Shown here piece after piece: positions 1 through 8,600 of a stretch of DNA of 64,000 nucleotides. The notes below the pieces were generated by a model. That model was not told the DNA's origin, did not search any database, and worked only from the letters and a program-made list of their open reading frames with translations. The DNA is from a virus: IMG/VR virus record IMGVR_UViG_3300030518_000006, positions 1 through 64,000 of that record; one strand, written 5' to 3'. How positions within the stretch are numbered: position 1 is the first letter of the stretch; each line of letters begins with the position of its first letter. A program made the translations under genes and the position numbers.

Positions 1-295
1 ACGTCAGCACTAGACAGTGCCGTGGATATTCCGGCATCCTCTCCCCGCACGCGATCCATCCCCCTGCCGTCGCCGCTGGCCCAGGTGGGGCGGGGGCGCT
101 GGGCTCCAACTGAGCGATGCGATCCTCCAGCGCTTCATAGTCGTCGTACAGCACATAATTCGGCAGCATGGATTCCGGGCACGGGAAGTCCTCTATGGGC
201 CGCATGCCGTTGCCATCGGGATAGTATTTCTGCGGTGGATCTAGCGCCCCCTTCCCGGCATCGGGTTGGGGCGGCGGGGAGGGGAGGGAGGTCAC
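1..295 (-). CDS. DUF551-like phage protein (runs off window start)
   Basis: Manual translation from GTG at 295 (GTGA overlap with upstream stop) stays open to position 1 and ends ...GGWIACGERMPEYPRHCLVLT, the WIxCxERMPE motif of DUF551 proteins. Confidence 0.6.
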   Translation of the reverse strand, partial: MTSLPSPPPQPDAGKGALDPPQKYYPDGNGMRPIEDFPCPESMLPNYVLYDDYEALEDRIAQLEPSAPAPPGPAATAGGWIACGERMPEYPRHCLVLT

Positions 296-597
296 TTCTG
301 GCACGGGTTGTCTCCTGGTTCTTTATTGTGCTCTGGAATGCCCATATCTCTGGCGCGTTCATTCTGCCGCTCGCACCTTCCCAGCTCGCAGTGGCGAACC
401 AGGCACCGCTTACACATGGCGGAATCGCAATCATAACATCGGAACATCATAGTCATCGGCAGTATTTCATGGCAGCACGAGGACCACTCTACGGGCATCG
501 GCCAGCCGCACCTAAATTGCGGCATCGAGCTTTCATCGAAAGGATTTTTCTTCCAGCTATCGATTTTTGCCGGCGTAGGCCAGTCACGCGCGCTCAT
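292..597 (-). CDS. Cys/His-rich putative zinc-binding protein
   Basis: CCH..CYDC..CKRC..HC pattern; ATGA coupling to upstream gene with GGAGG RBS. Confidence 0.6.
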   Translation of the reverse strand: MSARDWPTPAKIDSWKKNPFDESSMPQFRCGWPMPVEWSSCCHEILPMTMMFRCYDCDSAMCKRCLVRHCELGRCERQNERARDMGIPEHNKEPGDNPCQK

Positions 598-1214
598 GTC
601 GCCTCCCTCTCCGTCCCATCGGAAATGATGATGCAGTTCCTTGCAATGGAGAGCAAGGCGTCACGGAAGGCTGGCGGGGTCCTACTCGCGGCCTTGCCGC
701 TGATCGTTGGCTTATTCGCAGCCTTGCCGCGCTGGTCGTGAAAGCCGATTTGATGGGTGCCGGTTGGGCGATCCCAGTTGAGGTCGGCAGGCGGATTATT
801 CCCACAGTAGTATAGCCACGTCCGCTTGCGTGCCTGATGGCCATATGCGGATTGCCAAACCTCACAGACGAACCCACCATGGCAGCATTGCTCCCATCCG
901 TGGTCGGCTGGGCTTTGTAGTCCATGCGCTGCCCATGCACGGGAGAACGCCGGATGCTCGAGTATTCCGCCGTAAGTCCTTACAGCAGCTAATGCGGACT
1001 TGAAGCATCCGCCATCGTTCCCTGGCCTATTATGCTCGCCACCCCACCTGGCGAAGTTCACAGCGGCGAATGCTCCCCATAACTGACATGGCGGATGCGC
1101 CACCACCGGATGCGGCCCGGCATATGTCCTGGCGTCCCGCGTAATGTCCCAGGGGTCAACGCCGGGGAGGTTGAAGTAGCAGCCGTTGGTTTCGACGTAG
1201 AGGGCGGCGATCAT
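594..1214 (-). CDS. Short phage C5-cytosine DNA methyltransferase-like protein
   Basis: Start MIAALYV at 1214; DARTY, AHPPCQ (motif IV), ILEHPA (motif VI-like), RKRTWL (motif VIII-like), SRTPPAF. Confidence 0.7.
   Translation of the reverse strand: MIAALYVETNGCYFNLPGVDPWDITRDARTYAGPHPVVAHPPCQLWGAFAAVNFARWGGEHNRPGNDGGCFKSALAAVRTYGGILEHPAFSRAWAAHGLQSPADHGWEQCCHGGFVCEVWQSAYGHQARKRTWLYYCGNNPPADLNWDRPTGTHQIGFHDQRGKAANKPTISGKAASRTPPAFRDALLSIARNCIIISDGTEREAT
598..631. repeat. Direct repeat copy 1 flanking MTase-like gene (pairs with 1218-1251)
   Basis: 30/34 identity; core ctccgtcccatcgga(a/c)atgatga 22/23. Confidence 0.85.
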
Positions 1215-1318
1215 ACCGTCGTCCCCCCCTCCGTCCCATCGGACATGATGACTGTGTGCCCCGGTTCGCCGGGTGAACGCCAGGTGAGGATGGGGAAGAG
1301 GGTGCCGGGGTGGGTCAC
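1211..1318 (-). CDS. Small hypothetical protein (35 aa)
   Basis: GTGA overlap at start and ATGA overlap at end fill the operon gap exactly. Confidence 0.5.
   Translation of the reverse strand: MTHPGTLFPILTWRSPGEPGHTVIMSDGTEGGTTV
1218..1251. repeat. Direct repeat copy 2 flanking MTase-like gene (pairs with 598-631)
   Basis: Encodes IMSDGTEGG versus IISDGTERE and contains the RBS. Confidence 0.85.
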
Positions 1319-1587
1319 TTGGTCGCCTTGAGCGTCGCCTGGGCCCCATCCACCTGCCGCTGGAGTGCCGCCAGGTTCGCAGTCACGCAGTACGGGGAGT
1401 TGAGGATGATCTGCAGCGTCCGGGTGGTGTTCTCCAAGGCATGGCGGAGTTTGTCGATGTCGACCAGCATGGCGTCGAGCTCGTGCGTCGGGGCGTCGAC
1501 GAAGCAGCGCTCGTTGTACCCCGGGGCCTTCTTGCTGGCCTCGATCCGGTTGCGGAGGTTGGTGGTGGTGGTGGTGGCGGTGGTCAT
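1315..1587 (-). CDS. Hypothetical coiled-coil protein
   Basis: ATGA-coupled, GC3-rich codons. Confidence 0.65.
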   Translation of the reverse strand: MTTATTTTTNLRNRIEASKKAPGYNERCFVDAPTHELDAMLVDIDKLRHALENTTRTLQIILNSPYCVTANLAALQRQVDGAQATLKATK

Positions 1588-1865
1588 TGCTTCTTCCCCG
1601 CGTTGAACGCCTCGATCTCCCGCAGCCTGCCGAGCGTCTCCTCACTCACGATACCCGTCGCCGGCAGGGGCTTGCTATCGATCGAGACCTTGACCGGCTT
1701 CTCGAACGTCACGAAGTAGAGGTCGTGCACCGGCAGCTTGGTTGCCGCGGCGAGTTCACCGAGGATGCGCAGGGCGTCAGCATCGGTGGGGAGCTTGTCG
1801 AGGGTGGCGATGACACGGCCCTTCGATGCCGAACTGACGCCGCAGGTGTGGAGGACGGTGGTCAC
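1584..1865 (-). CDS. Hypothetical protein
   Basis: Likely GTG start at 1865 (VTTVLHTC) overlapping upstream TGA. Confidence 0.6.
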   Translation of the reverse strand: MTTVLHTCGVSSASKGRVIATLDKLPTDADALRILGELAAATKLPVHDLYFVTFEKPVKVSIDSKPLPATGIVSEETLGRLREIEAFNAGKKQ

Positions 1866-2464
1866 GCCGGCTTCCCTCCCACCACCGTCGTATGCTGCAC
1901 GAACTGCCGCCACGGCACGAACGGCTTGCCCGGCGGGAAGAACCCCCAGTCGTTGCACCGGACGCCGGTCTGCACCAGGGTCCAGGTGTCGGGGAGGGGG
2001 TTGGTGGCCATGTGGATCTCGGAGTAGCGCTTGGAGATCCGGTCACCCGCGCGTCGGGCGATCGTCGTCCAGAGCGCCTCCGCGGGTCCGATAGCGTGCT
2101 GCTCCCGGGCATGCCCATCGACGTCCCGGTAGAACCCGCTGCTCGCTGGCGGCCCGACCACCTCATCATACCCACCATTGAGGATCGTGGTCACGAAGTC
2201 ATACGGATGATTATGCAGCGCACCATCGTCGTCCCCACGGATGAACTGGTGCAGGACGATGCTCGAAGCCGAGCTGTAGCCATCCTCGTCCTTCTTGGGC
2301 GGGGTCAGCCAGTACCGGGCCAGGTAGGCGTCGGTGTCCTGGCGGCCGGGGATGACGATGTAGTGGCCCGCGGCAACGGCCTCGATCGCGGCGCGCTTGT
2401 ACCACGGTTGCCGGTGCGCGGGGAGATTGACCAGGTCGGAGAGGACTTCGGCGGGGGTAGGCAT
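1862..2464 (-). CDS. Phage cupin-fold protein
   Basis: LHQF..DDD.ALHNHPYDF..IL.GGY.E ... H ... TWTLV.TG...WGF; GGAGG RBS. Confidence 0.7.
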   Translation of the reverse strand: MPTPAEVLSDLVNLPAHRQPWYKRAAIEAVAAGHYIVIPGRQDTDAYLARYWLTPPKKDEDGYSSASSIVLHQFIRGDDDGALHNHPYDFVTTILNGGYDEVVGPPASSGFYRDVDGHAREQHAIGPAEALWTTIARRAGDRISKRYSEIHMATNPLPDTWTLVQTGVRCNDWGFFPPGKPFVPWRQFVQHTTVVGGKPA

Positions 2465-2469
2465 GACGA

Positions 2470-2643
2470 TTATCCTCCACGTACGAACAGGTAGACGGCG
2501 CGGCCTATCCAGGTGAGTAAAATCAGCGTCGCCATCAGCGCGGCGAACCCCTCCCCCGGGTGATGCTTTGGGTTCTGTGATTCTGGAGGAGGCGTTCCTG
2601 AGGAGCGACGCGGCCCCTTGGTGTCGGCGTGGAAGACGGGCAT
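2470..2643 (-). CDS. Small membrane protein
   Basis: One C-terminal hydrophobic helix; GGAG RBS; follows promoter at 2663-2691. Confidence 0.55.
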   Translation of the reverse strand: MPVFHADTKGPRRSSGTPPPESQNPKHHPGEGFAALMATLILLTWIGRAVYLFVRGG

Positions 2644-2662
2644 GAGCAACTCCAATGCGCGG

Positions 2663-2691
2663 AGACTATGGAGTGACTATGGAGAAGTCAA
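2663..2691 (-). promoter_or_regulatory. Sigma70-like promoter with tandem CTCCATAG boxes
   Basis: Minus strand TTGACT-17 nt-TAGTCT; CTCCATAG twice at 11-bp period. Confidence 0.65.
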
Positions 2692-2921
2692 TGAACACTA
2701 CTCGCCGGGGCCTCCGGAGGTGTTGATCAGGTCGGGCGGGGTCGGGCCCTCGGGCAGCGGCGGGAAGAGGTTATGCGGCTATTCGTGATACCCGGGCAGT
2801 CTGCTGTGGTCGACTGATCTGGATGGCGCTCTCGCGAAGCGCTGCCAACTGCTCGGGGGTGAGCTCGGGCATTCCGTCCGCCGCGCGTTCCATGGGGGAG
2901 TAACCGCGCCTCCGGACATAG

Positions 2922-3566
2922 CTAGACTGATGGGGGGTAGCCCGCGGAGCCATCGACGCACTGCCCGAGCCCATCCGGGCCGCCCCCGAGCATGTGCGGT
3001 CGCCCCTCACTCATCAACGAGTCCAGCCCAAGGTCCTTCTCCCACTTCGCACACACGCTGGTGATCAGCTCGAGCGCTCCGGCCATGTCCGCATGATCGA
3101 GGATGCTGCCGGAGAAATTCGAGGAAATGCCATTACCGTCCCGCACCGAGATCGCCCAGCGGCCGATCTTGCGCAGATCAGCGGTGTCTGCCGTGGCGAC
3201 GGGGAAGAAGGAGTGGGCGACCAAGATCACCGTGCGATGGGTCGCCGGGACCACCCCGACCAGGCGCGTGGTGACGGCCGGGGGCGCCTTCTTAGGGCGG
3301 CTCACCAGGCCCAGCAGCACGGCGATCAGCTTGTCTGGCGAGGGCATCCCGTCCCATTCGGACTTGGACTTGATCTCGGCGATCATGTCCGGATCCAGGG
3401 CTAGGCCGAGCGGGCCGCCGGACATCATCGGCTGCTCGACATCGGTCAGGGCGAGCAGGCCGTGCCGGGTGAAGATGTCGGTGATGATGGATTCGACCGA
3501 GGTGAGGTGATGCGGGCTGTGGCCTGGCATGAGGTGGGAATAGGGAGAGAGGGCGGGGGAGGGCAT
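2922..3566 (-). CDS. Hypothetical protein
   Basis: 214-aa ORF with GC3-rich codons. Confidence 0.65.
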   Translation of the reverse strand: MPSPALSPYSHLMPGHSPHHLTSVESIITDIFTRHGLLALTDVEQPMMSGGPLGLALDPDMIAEIKSKSEWDGMPSPDKLIAVLLGLVSRPKKAPPAVTTRLVGVVPATHRTVILVAHSFFPVATADTADLRKIGRWAISVRDGNGISSNFSGSILDHADMAGALELITSVCAKWEKDLGLDSLMSEGRPHMLGGGPDGLGQCVDGSAGYPPSV

Positions 3567-3592
3567 GGGTGGGGCGTCCGGAGGTGGGTGGG

Positions 3593-3949
3593 CTAGAAGG
3601 GCGGCGGCTCATCGACGGCCTGAGGCGGCGGCTGCCGCGGCGGCAGGTCGGCGGGCTTCTGGTAGGACCAGGAGGGGCCGGCGGGCGGGCGGGGCTCCGG
3701 TGGGGGAGGCGGCGAGGGCTGCATCGCGAGGGTCTGCTCGACCAGGGCGGCGTGGATGGCGGGCCAGTGGGTGGGGGAGCGCAGCGTGGTGACCAGGGTC
3801 TGGGCGAAGGTATCGGGGTGGCCGTCGAGGTAGACGGTCAGGGCCCGGCGCATGACATCCGGGACCGAGGTGCGATGTGCCTGGATATGAGCGTCGAGCT
3901 TTTCACGAAGGGTCGGCGGGAGTTGGACGGAGACCTGGCGCGCGGACAT
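3593..3949 (-). CDS. Ribbon-helix-helix (CopG/Arc-like) DNA-binding protein with Pro-rich tail
   Basis: QVSVQLP.TLREKLD....HRTSVPDVMRRAL..YL pattern; first gene left of the control region. Confidence 0.7.
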   Translation of the reverse strand: MSARQVSVQLPPTLREKLDAHIQAHRTSVPDVMRRALTVYLDGHPDTFAQTLVTTLRSPTHWPAIHAALVEQTLAMQPSPPPPPEPRPPAGPSWSYQKPADLPPRQPPPQAVDEPPPF

Positions 3950-4480
3950 GGCGGCACGGTATTGTGGTACGGTATTTTGTACAGTGCTTTTTACTGTACA
4001 GTAAAAATACGGTAAAAGTACGGTAAAAGGACGGTGTTTGGGCGGTTCATAAACGAATTGGAATATCGCGATGATCTCCTCAGCATCTCCTCAGCATCTC
4101 CTCAGGCACCTATTTTTCACCTAACCTGTAGCCCGTCAGTAGGTTGTCGGCGAGGAAGTGAGGAGATAGTGAAACAGGGTTCCCTGAGTCTGGCCTGTTC
4201 CATTCACACAGCCCTCAAGTGAATCAATTGCACCAGTGCCAAATAGGAATGATGCAATCGTAGTAATATTTTTACACCTTGAAAAAGGTATGGGTAGGGT
4301 AGGGAAAACAGGTAGGAGATAGTCTGATTACAGTGTATTCCCTTATCGGAACAAGGTGAGCATCGATTGAGGAGATGGGGTGGAGATGGGGTGGAGATGA
4401 GGAGATCGCATATTGGAGTATGACAGTAAGAACCAGGAGTGGTAAGCATCATTGATGTGCATTCCACGAAGGTCTTGCCA
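3950..4480. promoter_or_regulatory. AT-richer divergent control region / candidate replication origin
   Basis: Perfect 20-bp palindrome TTTTTACTGTACAGTAAAAA (3988-4007), ACGGTA repeats, 3x 11-bp ATCTCCTCAG(C/G) (4074-4106) and inverted GGAGAT repeats (about 4369-4406); gene orientation switches here. Confidence 0.55.
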
Positions 4481-4525
4481 CCTCACCCCGGCCCGCCATA
4501 CTGACCCCTCCAGGAGACCCTGCCT

Positions 4526-4630
4526 ATGCCCTGGCCCCTCATCCTCCTCACCCCCGACGACTTCGCCGCCCGCCTCGACCTGACCAGCTCTGAGCGCCTG
4601 CAACTGGCAACGGGATGGCGCCCGGGGTAA
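4526..4630 (+). CDS. Small hypothetical protein (34 aa)
   Basis: AGGAGA RBS, MPWPLILLTPDD...; followed by GC hairpin 4619-4641. Confidence 0.4.
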   Translation: MPWPLILLTPDDFAARLDLTSSERLQLATGWRPG

Positions 4631-4767
4631 CTCCCCGGGCGTTGCATGTCCAAAGGGTAGAGCGACCCTGCGTCCACCAGGCTGACGAGTCATGGCCCGG
4701 CCAGAAAGCTCTCGTACACGGCGGCAAGACGTCGATGGAACCCTGGGCCACACCCTGGGGTTTTCCA

Positions 4768-4795
4768 TTTGCATGTACTCCATAGTCTCTATGGT
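4768..4795 (+). promoter_or_regulatory. Candidate promoter with CTCCATAG box
   Basis: TTTGCA-16 nt-TATGGT containing CTCCATAG (4778-4785). Confidence 0.5.
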
Positions 4796-4818
4796 GCCTC
4801 GTCACCAGGAGACATCCC

Positions 4819-5067
4819 ATGAGTGGAGGCGGTGGTGGTGGAGCAGGTGGCGTCGGCGGGGCCGGTGCTGGCATGGGGATCGGCGGCGGGGTGCATGGCG
4901 CACTGAGCGCGGCCCATGGTACCCACATCCGTGGGGAGCACGCACGGGCGAAGCTGGAAGGCCCGGAGGCGATCCCGATGGCCATCTTCCTGCTGGATGA
5001 GATCAACAAGGAGACCCAGGCCGCGATCAGCATGTCGCAGCCGTCGTCGGTCAATCTGCAGGTATGA
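4819..5067 (+). CDS. Small Gly-rich hypothetical protein
   Basis: AGGAGA RBS; ATGA coupling to next gene. Confidence 0.6.
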   Translation: MSGGGGGGAGGVGGAGAGMGIGGGVHGALSAAHGTHIRGEHARAKLEGPEAIPMAIFLLDEINKETQAAISMSQPSSVNLQV

Positions 5068-5261
5068 ACCCCCTGGTGGAATACGTCCAGATGTCGATTG
5101 CCCGCGGGGATCTCGACAACCGGATGCGCGAACTGCAGCAGCAGATCCTGGCCGGATTCGCGAATGGAGAGATCCGGCGCTACGTGATCGACGATGTCCT
5201 GGTCGAGGTCGACACGGGCGCCAGAACCATCCGTCTGCTGCCGGTCAAACGCCTCAGCTGA
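5064..5261 (+). CDS. Small hypothetical protein
   Basis: Coupled start, GC3-rich codons. Confidence 0.65.
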   Translation: MNPLVEYVQMSIARGDLDNRMRELQQQILAGFANGEIRRYVIDDVLVEVDTGARTIRLLPVKRLS

Positions 5262-5356
5262 CCACCCGTCTCTGGCGGTCCTAAGTCAACCGATTTTTGT
5301 CGGCACGCCAAACATACGGTTTTAACCGACCTCCGGTCTACACCCCACTTTTCTGC

Positions 5357-5385
5357 TTGCAGCGACCTGGAACGCTGACTAGGTT
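5357..5385 (+). promoter_or_regulatory. Candidate sigma70 promoter for the polymerase operon
   Basis: TTGCAG-17 nt-TAGGTT with internal CAGCG/CGCTG inverted repeat. Confidence 0.45.
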
Positions 5386-5612
5386 TTGCGCTCTGCCAAT
5401 CGTCAGGCGGAATGCAGTGAGCTGAGCCCAGCCCCTCCTGCAATCTGCATGATGCCGGCGCCAGTCCGCTTCGCCAGCGGATCTCGTTTCAGCAGCCCAT
5501 GTGCTGCGTTCCCCGCCCCGTCTTCCCCGGGGTTTGGTTTCGGCTGGCCCCGAACCCTGGGTGAGCGCGGTACGTCGACTGCTGCAACGGGCTTTCTTCA
5601 GGGAAGGTCAGC

Positions 5613-8600
5613 ATGCCCGTCGACCCGCTCCAACAGGATCTGCCCGGTGGCCGCGTCGCCATCTTTCATCCCGGGGGCAAGGATTTCCCTGATCGAGTGC
5701 GGCTGGAGGTGCGGGATCAAGCGGGGCCGGTGCGCGTTCTCTCGAAGTTCAATCCAAGCTCGAAGACCGCATCACGCGACCTCGAAAACGAGTTCCTGAT
5801 CAACGAGACCCTGGCGCGCGAGATCCTCGCCACCTATTGGACCTGGGCCCACGATGTCCGCGAGCAGGTCGCGAAAGAGGAAGCGGAAGTCCCCACCAAG
5901 GTCCCGCTCCCTGATTTTCCCACCCCCTACTACGGCCTACGCCAGCGCACCAAGCACCAGCGCAAGGACGAGGCCAACTCCTACGACGCGGTCAACTCCG
6001 CGACCGGATTCCTGGCGGTCCTCAAGCGCACCGGGCTGCCCGACGACACGCTGCTCGAATGGGACAAGGACAAGATCGAGTTCTGCTGTGTGCTCGACCT
6101 CGATTTCCATGACCCCGAGGCACCGGCCAAGCCCACCCCCGATGAGCTCGACGAGCTGGGCCGCGAGTTGTCCCCGGCCCCCGAGGCGTGGTGGCTGAGC
6201 CAGGGCGGCGGCCTGAAGGCCCTTTACACCTCGACCCCCAACCGCCTCTTCACCGCCCAGGAATTCGCGACCGGGGCCGCAGCCAAGCTGCTGACGACAT
6301 TCATCGTGATGAAGTGCCACGGCACGATCGAGATCGACACCAAGACCAGGCACCCCGGCGCCAAGCAGAACGGCAAGCAGTGCGGCCGGGTGAATCTGAC
6401 CATTCCCGACGAGAAGTTCGACGCCCTGGCCCGATTCAGCGCCGCCGAGGCCACGGAGGTCGAGGTCACTGATTTCCTTGAGGACCAGGGGCTGACCATC
6501 GGGGAGATGCTCGGCCACGATATGTGCCTGATTGACCCGAAGCACCCGAGCAAGAGCAACCCGGTCTACGTCGGTAAGGACGGCCTCTTTTGCCACAGCT
6601 GTGCTGGGCGCTTTGGTCGCGGGTTCATGTCGTGGGGTTACGTTCGACGCTACTTCGGGCTCGGCAATGCCGGCGACCGCTCCCTCTCCCCGATCGGCGA
6701 GGCGGTCAAGTTCTTCACCCACGTGTCGCATGTTGACTACCTGTTCAAGCAGCTGCTCCCGGTACTCCCGGAGGCCCTTCGCCGCACGCTCTACCGCACT
6801 CTGCTCAAGAGCACCCATCAGCGCGACCCGCGCATCAGCGTGGCGATGGGGGATTTCTTTTTCGTCCGGGGCCTGGGCACCTGGCTCCACGCTGACACTT
6901 TGCTGCCGGTGGGGCGCCCACTCAACAGCACTGACGTCAGCATCTTGCCGTCCTGCCTACGCTTCAACCCGTACGATGCCGAGAAGCCGCTATCGGTCAG
7001 CTCCGCGGCGGTGGCGTCGCACACGAACAATGGACGCATCCACGGCTGGGTACCGATCCAGCCGTACATCTTCGAGCCGATCTTCTTCAAGCACAACGAG
7101 GCCGCGGCAGTGCAGGACGTGGTGCGCTGCTACCCGCGCGTGCGTACCACCAGGGATCGGGTGACCTATACCAACCCGAAGGAGCGGCTTTCCCTCGAGG
7201 AATGCGAGCGCCGGATCGAGGAGTACTTCCCCGGCGTCAACCTGACCTACATCAAGGCGCTGATCATCGCCGCCGGCTGCGCGGAGAGCGGCAAAGGCGC
7301 AATCCCGATGCTGTGGGCGACTGGCGAGACCGGGTCGGCCAAGACCACTACGATCACGATCGTCCAGGAGATGTACGGGGAATCCTACGCCAACCTGTCC
7401 GAGGTCGAGGACGACGACCGGCTGGTGCAGCTCTTCGGCGAGTCCCTCGAATCCACGCGCCTGATCACCTTCGACGACTTCGCCAAGGAGGCCTCGAGCC
7501 ACAAGCGGTTCCACACCTTTCTGATCCGCCTCAACCGGCACGGGCACAGCTACCACAAGCTCTTCGTCGGCAAGCAGACTCCGCCGGTCAACAGCGCGGT
7601 GATCCTCACCGACTGGAGCATTCCACGCTTCTTCGCTGTCGACCCGCAGTTCGGTCGCCGCGTGCACCTGATCACCCTGGAGAGCCGCATCAAGGTGAGC
7701 TGGGAGAAGATCGGGCACTTCGTCGAGGGATGGTGGAAGAAGACCCCCGAGTTGACCGCGGCGGCAAACGGCCTGCACAGCTGGGTCGTCGATGAGTTTT
7801 TCCCGGCCGAGGACGAGGAAACCTTCTCGAACAAGATGGAGCGCCTGGATATCTTCCCCCTGGAGGATGAGGTCGCGGTGGGCGAGGGCCAGGTGGCGAT
7901 GCAGGAACTCATCGTTCAGCTGGTGAATGCCATCGCGACGACACCGCCCTACGACGAAGTGGCGAGCATGCAGCGACGCATCGGGAAGGGAATCCGGCAC
8001 ATCAACTGGCGCAAGGGGTCCGTCGGCACGCTATGCACCACGCTGGTCGATTCCCTTGGCAAGGTCGACCGGGACGAGGAGAAGATCTACAACGTCGAGA
8101 ACCTCAAGCACGTGCTCGACCCGTTCCAGCTGAAGCTGGCAGCCCTGTTCGACGTCCGCTCCGACGTCAGCAGCATCGCCTTCGACCTGAAGGTCTGGGG
8201 TAGCGCAGCCTTCATCCGCTTGGTCGAGGCCGGGAAGAGCTTCCGGGCGAAGGACCGCCGCATCAACGAGGAACTATTCCGCGACTGGCCGCCGAAGCCG
8301 ACCATCGACGTCCCGGCGGTCGTCACCACCGAACCGATGGCCACGCTTCCCGGCCTACCGGCGGCTCCGCCTATCCCGACCGTGGAGGGGGAGGTCGTGT
8401 CGGACGATGTCGTCATCCTCGACCCGTTCGTCGTCTATCTTGACTTCGAGACCCAGAGCGAGTGCAACATCAAGCAATTCGGCAGCACGGTCTATGCTCA
8501 GCACCCGTCGACCAAGGTGATGTGCGCGGCGCTCTCTGTAGCCGGAACCAGGATATTCTGGACGGAGATACCCTATGACCTCAAGCTCCCGGACGGGGTG

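Noticed and set aside
2698-2921. Small minus-strand ORF(s) between 2470 and 2922
   Set aside because: Several short competing frames, none clearly supported
4074-4406. CRISPR array or spacer-bearing repeat
   Set aside because: Units are 11 bp, directly tandem, without unique spacers; no cas genes
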